A stretch of DNA of 64,000 nucleotides, taken from positions 1,675-65,674 of the forward strand of contig JAAYPM010000016.1 of NCBI GenBank assembly GCA_012519815.1, given 5' to 3'. The stretch's first letter is position 1; every line of letters starts with the position of its first letter. Position numbers and translations under genes: made by a program. Positions 21,469 to 31,262 of the stretch are shown here, in pieces. Source of the stretch: Bacteroidales bacterium. Lineage in GTDB: Bacteria > Bacteroidota > Bacteroidia > Bacteroidales > UBA1715. Below the pieces are notes generated by a model. It ran no database searches. It saw only the letters and a list, made by a program, of their open reading frames with translations, and was not told where the DNA came from.

Positions 21469-23309
21469 TATTGCTTTTCTAAAAATCGTTGCATTGTAAT
21501 TAACAACCAAATTCTATTATATAAATAATGGTGTCCTTTATGTAAAAATCTATATATAAGTTTTTGCACTTCGTTCCACACAAAAACGCCATGTTTTTCA
21601 ATTTTTTGTTGCGATAGATAGTCATGAATTAAATATTGAAAATCGCCTAAAAGCCACATATCTAACGGAATAGAAAAACCCCATTTGGGTCTATTAAATA
21701 ATTCTGCAGGAATATATTCATATAAAACCTGTTTTTACACATATTTTGAAATATCTTGATGTTGTTTTAATTGTGGAGACACATTAAGAGCAAATTCCAC
21801 AATAGAATAATCGAGCAAGGGAACACGCGATTCAATAGAATAGTGCATACTTGCTCTATCAATTTTTGTAAGTATATCTTCGCATACATAATAACGCATA
21901 TCAAACAAAGCCTGATTTTCGGCGGGAGTTAATACACGCGGCAACTGTTGTGGATATTCATCAACAATAATAGGTGTTGGAAAACGAAGAATTGACTGTA
22001 TTTCGCGACGAGAAAAATATCCTTGTTCTTGAGAAGAAATATGGCTTGGAATATGATTTTTTGAAGGATATTGAAATACAGCAGCCGCTCGTTTGTGTCT
22101 ATTATTTCCATATTTTAACAGCTGAGCAACCAGTGTGTGTAACATCTGCCAAAACGGTTTATGTAGTCGTTCCGCCCATGAATACGCACCGTATCCCATA
22201 AACAATTCATCGCCACCATCTCCCGAAAGAACCATAGAAACAGAACGACTTGCAAGCTCAGACACCAACATAGTGGGTATAGCCGAAGAATCAGCATACG
22301 GCTCATCATATACCGTGAGCAGTTTTTCAACCAACATTCGTGCATCTTTCTCTGTTACAATCAATTCGTGATGATCTGCGCCTAAAAAAGTTGCAATATT
22401 TTTTGCATGTACACGTTCGTCGTGTTTTGCCTGTTCAAACCCAATAGTAAATGTTTTTAAACGATTCGAACTATTTCTTTGTGCAATAGCTGTCACAAGC
22501 GAAGAATCAATTCCTCCACTTAAAAAACACCCAAAATCAACATCACTTTGCAAACGATATCGCACAGATTGTTCTAACAAATCACGCAAGGTTTCACGAG
22601 CTTCAATAAAATTAGTTATGCACGTAGGTTTTATTTTTTCAAGAATGTTCCAATAAGAGGTAATTTTTATAGTTTTTTCATGAATTGTAAGATAAGAACC
22701 CGCAGGAAGTTTAAAAATATTTGTATAAATTGTGTGTTCTGTTCCTGTATATCCAAGATGCAAAAATGTAGAAATTGCATGTGCATGTAATTGTTTATTT
22801 TTTTGAATATACGAAAGTTTTAAAAGCGATTTAATTTCTGAGGCAAATGCCAAATGCTCCCCGTCCCAATAATAAAAAAGTGGTTTTATGCCCATTCTAT
22901 CTCGAATAAGAGTAAGCGTATTTGTTTGTGTATCATACAAAGCAATAGCAAACATACCATTACATAATGAAATAGCATGTTCAACTCCAAGCTGTTCACA
23001 TAATTCTAAAATTATTTCGGCAGTTGATGTAGTGCGAGCAGGTATTTGAAATTCTCTTCTAAGGTCATTATAATTATAAACTTCGCCATCAAATACCATA
23101 ACATATCGTCCGCTATGCGATTTCATAGGCTGATTTGCCTCATTTGAGAAATCAATAATTTTAAGACGTTGATGTGCTAAACCGCAATGAGACGAAGAAA
23201 AAAAATCAGCAGCATCGGGACCGCGATGTGTAATAGCAGCTGCCATGAGTTTTAATTCATCAAAAGCAAAAATTTGTTTTATTGAATAATAGCCCGCAAT
23301 GCCACACAT
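21468..23309 (-). pseudogene. asnB: Asparagine synthase (glutamine-hydrolysing)-family amidotransferase interrupted by one in-frame TAA at 21735-21737
   Basis: N-terminal MCGIAGYY (Ntn Cys) and PP-loop FLSGGIDSS. After the TAA the same frame continues KQVLYEYIPAELFNRPKWGFSIPLDMW...RFLEKQ*. The two listed ORFs (starts 23309 and 21659) are congruent mod 3. Confidence 0.85.
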
Positions 23310-23316
23310 ACCACTT

Positions 23317-24822
23317 TTAGAATTTTCGGATTTTTAAAACCATTCCCGGATGAATTTTACTTGATTTTGATAAATTATTTAATGTTCGCAAATCTTCGGC
23401 AGACACACTTTCATATTTATTGGCAATATCCCATAGAGTATCGCCAGAACGAACCGTGTACAGTTCATACGAACCAGAATTTGCTGTTTCTTGCGTTTTT
23501 TGAGGTGATGAAATATTTCCCGAAATACGTTGTTTTTGTGTAAAACTCATAGTATTAAGAGCTTCATAATATTTTTGTTTATGTTCGGGCACATAGAGTT
23601 GCAATCGCCTCCCCGCAACAATAGTATTACCTTTAATATTGTTCCACGTACGAATATCACTCACACGCACATGAAACCAACTTGCTATTAAACTTAAATT
23701 ATCACCCGATTTAATAGTATAATACACAACAGTTTGTGCATTTGATGCAATAGAATTGACCTCAGCTATTTTTACAGAATCTTGATGTACAGAATCGCGA
23801 TACGCAATAATTGCGTCTTGCATTTTTAAAAACGGCGTAATATATTCAACTGGTAAATACAAAGTTGATCCCTGTTTTGTAGTAGGAATAGCTGCAAGTT
23901 TATATTGAGGATTTAAATCTTCTAATAATTTAAGCGGCATATCAATTACTTGCGAAATTTGATTAAATGTGATTGCATTGCGTACCATAATAGTGTCTAT
24001 AGCCGAAGGATATTGAACTTCACGTGGATATAAATTATGCAATTCATGATGTTCAAACACATAAAATGCAGCTATATATGCAGGCACATACCCACGAGTT
24101 TCGCGAGGGAGATGTGCATAAATTTCCCAAAAATCGCGTTTTCCTCCCGAACGAGTAATTGCTTTTCGAACATTTCCGGGACCACAATTATATGCAGCAA
24201 TTGCAAGAATCCAATCATTAAAAATACCATGTAATTGTTTAAGATATTGTGCCGCAGCGTGCGTTGATTGAAAAGGGTCGCGGCGTTCATCAATAAAAGA
24301 ATTTATTGAAAGTCCAAACATTTTTCCAGTTGCGGGCATAAATTGCCACAAGCCCATTGCACCTGCTTTTGAGCGTGCTCGCGGATTAAGTGCAGATTCA
24401 ATAATTGCTAAATATTTTAGTTCCTGAGGTATATCATAACTCGTAAGAATATCTTCGAACATCGGAAAATAATATTCTGCAAGTCCAAGCATAATTTCAA
24501 CTCGTTCTCTATACCTAAATCCATATACTTGAATATATGAATGCACATAATTATTATATGTAAGAGGAATTATTGACTGCATATTTGCAATATATTCTGC
24601 ATATTGTTCTCGCGAAAAAGTTGGAACAAATGCCGTATCAACAGTCTCTGGACGATTTTTATATTTATACGTATCAGCAGCTTGCACATACCACAAGTTT
24701 ATCATTTCGTCAAGATTTGCCGAAAACGTAGTGTCTATAATAGAATCTTGTGGAGCGGAATTTTGTGCGTTGACACAAACAACAGAACACAAAGCACAAA
24801 AAACAGATAAAAGTAATTTCAT
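23317..24822 (-). CDS. MltD-like lytic murein transglycosylase with two C-terminal LysM domains
   Basis: 501 aa with a signal peptide. SLT motif AIIESALNPRARSKAGAMGLWQFMPATG. LysM repeats YTIKSGDNLSLIASWF... and YTVRSGDTLWDIANKY... Confidence 0.88.
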   Translation of the reverse strand: MKLLLSVFCALCSVVCVNAQNSAPQDSIIDTTFSANLDEMINLWYVQAADTYKYKNRPETVDTAFVPTFSREQYAEYIANMQSIIPLTYNNYVHSYIQVYGFRYRERVEIMLGLAEYYFPMFEDILTSYDIPQELKYLAIIESALNPRARSKAGAMGLWQFMPATGKMFGLSINSFIDERRDPFQSTHAAAQYLKQLHGIFNDWILAIAAYNCGPGNVRKAITRSGGKRDFWEIYAHLPRETRGYVPAYIAAFYVFEHHELHNLYPREVQYPSAIDTIMVRNAITFNQISQVIDMPLKLLEDLNPQYKLAAIPTTKQGSTLYLPVEYITPFLKMQDAIIAYRDSVHQDSVKIAEVNSIASNAQTVVYYTIKSGDNLSLIASWFHVRVSDIRTWNNIKGNTIVAGRRLQLYVPEHKQKYYEALNTMSFTQKQRISGNISSPQKTQETANSGSYELYTVRSGDTLWDIANKYESVSAEDLRTLNNLSKSSKIHPGMVLKIRKF

Positions 24823-24908
24823 AATTTATATATTAGCAATAGTACAAATAACCAACAAAAATTAGTTTTATGCAACTTTGTATTTTAAGGTAATTTTTTC
24901 ATCGTTAT

Positions 24909-25820
24909 TTATCTTGTTAAATCGTGAAACGCTTGTTCCAATGATTTTTCTTGTATTTGCATTGCAATAACAGTTAGTTTATGTGCTACTGCAAAATTAA
25001 AAATATGTTCACGAATATCGTCATTTTGAGATGATGATATAAGCCATTTTTTTTCTGAAACATTCACAACATCAATAACATGCGGTATTTGCTGCAACAA
25101 TTCAATCGAACATTGTTCAATAAATTCAACAAAAACTGTGGTTGTGTTTTTTTGCGATTCAATTTTTATTGCGTGCGAATCATTATTTGCAACAATTTTC
25201 CCATTATTTATAATAATAACTCTATTACATATAGCCTCAACCTCTTGCATAATATGAGTTGAAAGCAACACTGTTTTATGCGTTCCTATTTCTGCAATAA
25301 TATTTCGTATTTCCACTATTTGATTTGGGTCGAGACCAGTTGTTGGTTCATCAAGAATAAGCACATCTGGATTATGAAGAAGCACCGCCGCTAATCCAAC
25401 CCGTTGCCGATATCCTTTTGATAAAGTATGAATTTTTTTATGTTGTTCTTTTACAAGACCAGTACGTTTAATAACCAATTGAATTTGAGACGAAACATGA
25501 GTTGTTAGTTTATACACACGAGCAATAAATCGTAAATATTCGTGTACATACATATCCACATATAACGGATTATGTTCGGGCAAATATCCAATTCTTTTTT
25601 TCACCTCTAAAGGATGTTCGCGTACATCTATTCCAAGAACCGAAACCGAACCCTCAAAATCAGAAAGAAAGCCAGTAATAACTTTCATAGTTGTAGATTT
25701 TCCGGCACCATTTGGACCAATAAATCCAACTATTCCACCAGACGATACTTCAAACGAAATAGCATCAACAGCTTTTTGAGAACCATATTTTTTTGTAAGT
25801 TGTGAAATTGACAATGACAT
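24909..25820 (-). CDS. gldA: ABC transporter ATP-binding protein, gliding-motility GldA-like
   Basis: 303 aa. Walker A GPNGAGKST, signature LSKGYRQRV, Walker B LILDEPTTGLD. The overall pattern (GYLPEHNPLY, STHIMQEVEAIC) resembles GldA as I remember it. Confidence 0.75.
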   Translation of the reverse strand: MSLSISQLTKKYGSQKAVDAISFEVSSGGIVGFIGPNGAGKSTTMKVITGFLSDFEGSVSVLGIDVREHPLEVKKRIGYLPEHNPLYVDMYVHEYLRFIARVYKLTTHVSSQIQLVIKRTGLVKEQHKKIHTLSKGYRQRVGLAAVLLHNPDVLILDEPTTGLDPNQIVEIRNIIAEIGTHKTVLLSTHIMQEVEAICNRVIIINNGKIVANNDSHAIKIESQKNTTTVFVEFIEQCSIELLQQIPHVIDVVNVSEKKWLISSSQNDDIREHIFNFAVAHKLTVIAMQIQEKSLEQAFHDLTR

Positions 25821-25846
25821 AAGAGCGTATAAAATTTATTTATATG

Positions 25847-26479
25847 TTATTGATTCCAGGTATCAGGATTTTTTCTCCATTCTTGCAAACTTTGAATTTG
25901 ATGAGGAGTTATATACTTTTTTTCTTCGGCTAAGGTTAACAGCACCGAATAGTTACTCAAAGTTGTTAATTCACAGGCATATTTTTTAAAATTTTGCATA
26001 GCTATTTCAAATTCATACGTAAAAATTGCAAGCATACCTAAAACATTACATCCTGCATCACGAAGAGCTTCAACAGCTTTTAAGCTGCTTCCTCCAGTAG
26101 AAATTAAATCTTCAATAACAACCACATTTTGTCCTTTTTCAAAATATCCCTCAATTGTATTTGTGAGTCCGTGTGCCTTTGACGATGAACGCACATAAAT
26201 AAACGGAAGATTTAATTCTTCGGCAGCAAGAACTCCTATTGCAATTGCTCCCGTTGCCACCCCTGCAATTACCTGTGTGTGTGGATACATTTCTTTTACT
26301 TTTTGAGCAAACGACTGTGCAAGTACTTTTCGGATAGCAGGATACGAAAGCGTTTTTCTATTATCGCAATAAATAGGAGATTTCCATCCACTTGCCCACG
26401 TAAAAGGATTTGCAGGTTGAAGTTTTATTGCGTTTATTTGCAATAAATATTCAGCAATTTTTTTTTCAATAATATTCAT
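25847..26479 (-). CDS. pyrE: Orotate phosphoribosyltransferase
   Basis: 210 aa. PRPP-binding motif VVVIEDLISTGGSS. Confidence 0.93.
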   Translation of the reverse strand: MNIIEKKIAEYLLQINAIKLQPANPFTWASGWKSPIYCDNRKTLSYPAIRKVLAQSFAQKVKEMYPHTQVIAGVATGAIAIGVLAAEELNLPFIYVRSSSKAHGLTNTIEGYFEKGQNVVVIEDLISTGGSSLKAVEALRDAGCNVLGMLAIFTYEFEIAMQNFKKYACELTTLSNYSVLLTLAEEKKYITPHQIQSLQEWRKNPDTWNQ

Positions 26480-27080
26480 GGAACTTACAATATATTTTGA
26501 TTCTAATTCACTAATTCTTACCGACTGTAAAAATACAAATAATTCTGTGCCTACAAGTAATTGGAAAGATTTTTCGGATATAGATTTTATTCATACTATG
26601 TTTACAAAGCACACAAACACGGTATTTACTCTATTCCACACCAATTTTCAAGAATTATTAGATGAAGTAAAAAAACATTTTTTATATATAGAAGCTGCGG
26701 GAGGTGTTGTTGAAAACGAAATAGGCGAAATTTTATGTATTATGCGACGAGGCGTGTGGGATTTACCAAAAGGAAAACTTGATAAACATGAAACTCCACC
26801 CGAAGCGGCAATACGCGAAGTAATGGAAGAAACAGGACTTTTACAAGTGCAGTTAAAAGAGTATATATGTTCTACCTGGCACACATATAATCATGAAAAA
26901 GGAAAAGGACCAGTATTAAAACAAACATATTGGTATAGAATGAATGCTCTAACATCAGACTCTTTATGTCCCGAAGCGCAAGAACAAATTACCGCTGCCG
27001 AATGGGTGGCAAAATCTGATTTAACACGTATAAAAGATTCAACTTATCCATCTATAATTGATGTGTTACACGCTTTATAA
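26478..27080 (+). CDS. NUDIX hydrolase with N-terminal extension
   Basis: 200 aa. Nudix box GKLDKHETPPEAAIREVMEETGL. Confidence 0.85.
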   Translation: MELTIYFDSNSLILTDCKNTNNSVPTSNWKDFSDIDFIHTMFTKHTNTVFTLFHTNFQELLDEVKKHFLYIEAAGGVVENEIGEILCIMRRGVWDLPKGKLDKHETPPEAAIREVMEETGLLQVQLKEYICSTWHTYNHEKGKGPVLKQTYWYRMNALTSDSLCPEAQEQITAAEWVAKSDLTRIKDSTYPSIIDVLHAL

Positions 27081-27443
27081 TAGCGGATAAAACGCATCGG
27101 GAATATGTTCAATTATTTCGGTTGTTTTGTTTTTAACAATTGAAATAATATCAAAACGAACTTCACCTTGGAAATCAGAACTTTGTATATACGCATCGGC
27201 AGCCGAAACCAAAAGCCTTTGTTTTGAGCGAGTTACAGCATCTTGCGGGCGTTCAAAATCAGGATTGCTTCTTGTTTTAACCTCAACAATAACAAGCGTT
27301 GATTCATACATACATATAATGTCAATTTCTTTATGCTTAAATCTCCAATTTGTTTCTTTAATAGTAAATCCCTTTTTTACTAAGTAATTATACGCAATTT
27401 TTTCTCCTAAGCGACCTAATTCTGATTTTTCCTTTTTTTGCAC
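27075..27443 (-). CDS. YraN-family (UPF0102) endonuclease-like protein
   Basis: 122 aa. GRLGEKIAYNYLVKKGF..., EIDIICMYESTLVIVEVKTRS. Confidence 0.85.
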   Translation of the reverse strand: MQKKEKSELGRLGEKIAYNYLVKKGFTIKETNWRFKHKEIDIICMYESTLVIVEVKTRSNPDFERPQDAVTRSKQRLLVSAADAYIQSSDFQGEVRFDIISIVKNKTTEIIEHIPDAFYPLL

Positions 27444-27464
27444 TTGTAATTATGATTATTTTTG
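27437..27464 (+). promoter_or_regulatory. Candidate promoter for the 27509 gene
   Basis: TTTG (27437-27440)-N16-TATTTTTG (27457-27464), 44 nt upstream of the ATG. Confidence 0.4.
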
Positions 27465-27508
27465 CTTATATTTAAAACTAGCTTTAACTTTTTTTTAAAA
27501 GTAAATGT

Positions 27509-28147
27509 ATGAGATTTTTATTGATTTTTGGCTTATTAATAAGCAGTGTTTTTTCATACGCTCAAAAGTTCGAAGGAACGATTGATATGGTTAAAAGAAC
27601 GCTAACTGATACTGTTTATTTTAGCTACAACATAAAAAATTCATATATTCGAATAGATGAATACGATAAATACAAGCTTCTTCAAAAATCATTCATATTA
27701 AATTTACAAGATAGTTCAATTTTTGCATTAAATCCGCATCGCAAACTATATATGCCTATAGAACGGCAAGCGGCAATGTCAAATGCAATATCACCAACTG
27801 TTGTAAACACTGGTAATTTTAAATATATTCAAGGATATAAATGTTATCAGTGGAGGGTTCGCGATGAAGCATCGAACACAGAAATTGCATATTGGGTAGC
27901 ACAAGAAAATTTTGATTTTTTTAAACCTATGGCTGATTTATGGCAAGGCATAGAAACTAATTTTTCGTTTTTTACCCTTTTACCACTTAATGCCATTACG
28001 GGCGACATGCCTTTACTTACCGAAAGCAGAACATTACTTCGCGATGAAAAAGCAATTTATTCGGTTATTAATATAGAAAAAGCTATTGTAAGCGATGCTA
28101 TGTTTGTGATTCCCCACACCTATAATATGCATCAAATTTTACGATAA
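27509..28147 (+). CDS. Secreted hypothetical protein (DUF4412-like by resemblance)
   Basis: 212 aa. Signal peptide MRFLLIFGLLISSVFSYAQ. No catalytic motif recognised. Confidence 0.6.
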   Translation: MRFLLIFGLLISSVFSYAQKFEGTIDMVKRTLTDTVYFSYNIKNSYIRIDEYDKYKLLQKSFILNLQDSSIFALNPHRKLYMPIERQAAMSNAISPTVVNTGNFKYIQGYKCYQWRVRDEASNTEIAYWVAQENFDFFKPMADLWQGIETNFSFFTLLPLNAITGDMPLLTESRTLLRDEKAIYSVINIEKAIVSDAMFVIPHTYNMHQILR

Positions 28148-29050
28148 ATCTTGTTCACACTGCAAACTTGCTGAATTTGAATCTACTACAAGTGAATATT
28201 GAGCACCTATGCACAATGCATGATTTTTACTTCCATGTCCAAATGGCATAGCAAAACAAACAGGAAACGAATACTCTTGTACGGCATCAATTATAATTTC
28301 TTCTACTTCTAATATATGCGGATCGGAGCCTTGTTTCATATTTAACATTTCACCAACTATAAGTCCCGACAATGAAGAAAGCACACCACTTATTTTAAGA
28401 TTTTGCATCATTCTATCAATATGATAGCGATATTCATTCAAATCTTCAATACACAACAATGTGTTTGCATACGAAAACTCAAACGGAATTGCACGCATAC
28501 TATAGAGCATAGAAAGATTTCCTCCAACAAGTGTTCCTGTGGCAATGCCGGGTTTGTTGTATGTAGATGTTGATTCAAGTAAACCGTTTGACAATCCAAA
28601 CAACATGGCATATAAAGAATTCATAGAATCAGAATCAACCGTAGAAAAGTTTTTTGGCATTGCAGCATGAATAGATGCAAATCCTTCTTTATTTACACGA
28701 GCATGAAGAGCAGTAATATCACTAAATCCCACTATCCATTTAGGAGATTTTATAAATTCAGTAAAATCTAAATGTTCAATAATACGAATTGAGCCATATC
28801 CTCCGCGGGCACAAAAAATCGCACGAATTTCTGTAGTATTGAGTGCTTCTTGCAAATCATGAAAACGTTGAGCATCAGTACCTGCAAAAACACCATACGA
28901 TGCAGTGAGCGAATCGCCAAGTGTAACACGCAATCCCCAAGAGGTAAGACGCTCTATCGCTCCTGCAACATACGTGGAATCAAGAGGACTGGCAGGAGAA
29001 ATAATATGAACAACATCGCCTTTTTGTAAAAATGGAGGTTTCTTATTCAT
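28139..29050 (-). CDS. ldcA: LD-carboxypeptidase (peptidase S66, LdcA-like)
   Basis: 303 aa. N-terminal GDVVHIISPASP and nucleophile motif GFSDITALH. Confidence 0.85.
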   Translation of the reverse strand: MNKKPPFLQKGDVVHIISPASPLDSTYVAGAIERLTSWGLRVTLGDSLTASYGVFAGTDAQRFHDLQEALNTTEIRAIFCARGGYGSIRIIEHLDFTEFIKSPKWIVGFSDITALHARVNKEGFASIHAAMPKNFSTVDSDSMNSLYAMLFGLSNGLLESTSTYNKPGIATGTLVGGNLSMLYSMRAIPFEFSYANTLLCIEDLNEYRYHIDRMMQNLKISGVLSSLSGLIVGEMLNMKQGSDPHILEVEEIIIDAVQEYSFPVCFAMPFGHGSKNHALCIGAQYSLVVDSNSASLQCEQDLS

Positions 29051-29088
29051 GATTTTTATTTGAACTATTCATAAATGCGAGAATTATG

Positions 29089-29096
29089 TATCTTTG
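29089..29096 (+). promoter_or_regulatory. -7 box (TATCTTTG) upstream of metG
   Basis: TATCTTTG lies 62 nt upstream of ATG 29158. The nearest TTTG (29059-29062) is 26 nt away, which is too far for a canonical -33. Confidence 0.4.
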
Positions 29097-29157
29097 CAAC
29101 AAAAATACAATTTTGAAATAACTTAGGTGCATTATTAGGGGTAAAAACAAAAAAATT

Positions 29158-31197
29158 ATGACAAAAAAATATGCTCGACATCTTGTAACAGCAGCACTAC
29201 CATACGCAAACGGACCAGTTCACATTGGACATTTAGCAGGCGTATATGTACCAGCAGATATTTATGTTCGCTATTTAAAATTAAAAGGCGAAGATGTTCT
29301 TTTTGTATGTGGAAGCGATGAACATGGGGTGCCAATTACTATAAAAGCAAAAAATGAAAATTGCACACCGCAAGATATTGTTGATAGGTATCACACCATT
29401 ATAAAACAATCATTTCAAGATTTTGGTATAGAATTTTCAAACTATTCAAGAACATCAGGAGCTTTGCACCATAAAGTATCATCAGATTTTTTTAAAACAT
29501 TATATGATAAAAAAGAATTTGTTGAATTAGAATCAGAACAATATTACGATGCAAAAGCACATCAATTTTTAGCAGATAGATACATCACTGGGACCTGCCC
29601 AAAATGTTCGCATGATGGAGCCTATGGCGACCAATGTGAAAAATGTGGTTCTTCATTAAGTCCTCTTGAACTTATAAATCCTATTTCAACAATCACGCAC
29701 GAAAAACCAGTGCTTAAATCAACAAAACATTGGTATTTACCACTTGATACTCACGAAAATTTTTTACGTTCATGGATTTTAGAAGGACATAAAGAATGGA
29801 GACCAAATGTGTATGGGCAGTGTAAATCGTGGATAGATGGAGGATTGCATCCGCGTGCTGTAAGTAGAGATTTAGATTGGGGCGTGCCCGTACCTCTTGA
29901 AAACGCAGAAGGAAAAGTGCTGTATGTGTGGTTTGATGCACCTATTGGCTATATTACCTCTACGCAAGAATGCACAAAAGATTGGGAATTATATTGGAAA
30001 TCAGACGATTGCAAATTGGTTCATTTTATTGGAAAAGACAATATTGTGTTTCATTGCATAGTATTTCCAGTAATGTTAAAAGCCCATGGCGACTATATTT
30101 TGCCCGAAAATGTACCTGCCAATGAATTTTTAAATTTAGAAGGCAATAAAATATCCACCTCGCGAAACTGGGCAGTGTGGCTTCATGAATATTTAGAAGA
30201 TTTTAAAAATCAGCAAGATACATTACGATATGTGCTTACAGCAAATGCTCCCGAAACAAAAGACAATGATTTTACATGGAAGGATTTTCAGGCACGAAAC
30301 AACAACGAATTAGTAGCAATTTTAGGAAATTTTATCAATCGCGTTATAGTGCTTACGCATAAATATTTTGATGGAAAAGTTCCTCAAAAAAGTAATGTGC
30401 AAGAAATTGACAACAAGGCGCTTGCGGCAATTCCTCATGCAAAAGAACACATTTCGGCACTACTTGATCAATTTAAATTTAGAGATGCATTAAAAGAAGT
30501 GATGCAATTAGCACGCGTTGGCAATAAATATTTAACCGAAACCGAACCTTGGAAACTTATTAAAACAGATGCCTCACGAGTTGAAACAATTCTTCATGTA
30601 TGCTTGCAAATAACTGCAAATCTTAGCATTTTATGTGAACCATTTATTCCTTTTGCAGCAAAAAAAATACAAGATTGCGTTGGTGTATCGGCGGCACAGT
30701 GGGCAGCAGCAGGCAACGATGCAATTTTAACCGCAGGAAATTCTATTTTAGCTATAGATTTATTATTTAGAAAAATTGAAGACGAAGAAATTCAAAAACA
30801 AATGCAAAAATTACAAGCAACAAAAATAAATTCAGAAAAAACAGAATCGCCCTTAGTTGCTCCTCAAAAACAAACTATAACATTTGATGATTTTCAAAAC
30901 ATGGACATTCGTGTAGGTACTATTTTAGAGGCAGAGTCAGTACCCAAAACCGATAAGTTATTAAAATTAACAATAGATACGGGAATTGATATACGAACCG
31001 TTGTTTCAGGAATTGCAGAATATCATAAACCCGAAACTATTATTGGAAAACAAGTAAGTATTCTTGTAAATTTAGCTCCAAGAACGCTTCGTGGCATTGA
31101 ATCACAAGGCATGATTTTAATGGCACAAGATACCGATGGAACATTACAATTTGTTGCGCCAGATATAAAAGTAAATAATGGAGGTGCAATTTGTTGA
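29158..31197 (+). CDS. metG: Methionyl-tRNA synthetase with C-terminal tRNA-binding (EMAPII/Trbp111-like) domain
   Basis: 679 aa. HIGH motif (PVHIGHLAG), KMSKS variant KISTSR, Zn knuckles CPKC...CEKC, and C-terminal [22 protein letters not shown]. Confidence 0.95.
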   Translation: MTKKYARHLVTAALPYANGPVHIGHLAGVYVPADIYVRYLKLKGEDVLFVCGSDEHGVPITIKAKNENCTPQDIVDRYHTIIKQSFQDFGIEFSNYSRTSGALHHKVSSDFFKTLYDKKEFVELESEQYYDAKAHQFLADRYITGTCPKCSHDGAYGDQCEKCGSSLSPLELINPISTITHEKPVLKSTKHWYLPLDTHENFLRSWILEGHKEWRPNVYGQCKSWIDGGLHPRAVSRDLDWGVPVPLENAEGKVLYVWFDAPIGYITSTQECTKDWELYWKSDDCKLVHFIGKDNIVFHCIVFPVMLKAHGDYILPENVPANEFLNLEGNKISTSRNWAVWLHEYLEDFKNQQDTLRYVLTANAPETKDNDFTWKDFQARNNNELVAILGNFINRVIVLTHKYFDGKVPQKSNVQEIDNKALAAIPHAKEHISALLDQFKFRDALKEVMQLARVGNKYLTETEPWKLIKTDASRVETILHVCLQITANLSILCEPFIPFAAKKIQDCVGVSAAQWAAAGNDAILTAGNSILAIDLLFRKIEDEEIQKQMQKLQATKINSEKTESPLVAPQKQTITFDDFQNMDIRVGTILEAESVPKTDKLLKLTIDTGIDIRTVVSGIAEYHKPETIIGKQVSILVNLAPRTLRGIESQGMILMAQDTDGTLQFVAPDIKVNNGGAIC

Positions 31198-31227
31198 CAT
31201 AAAGTTTTTTAATTACAAAAAAAAAAA

Positions 31228-31235
31228 TATCTTTG
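31228..31235 (+). promoter_or_regulatory. -7 box (TATCTTTG) upstream of the PorP/SprF-like gene
   Basis: TATCTTTG lies 28 nt upstream of ATG 31263. It falls inside the TTG-initiated ORF extension from 31233, which argues for the 31263 start. Confidence 0.45.
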
Positions 31236-31262
31236 TTTGTTAGTTTTGAAGCCAGAAAATAT

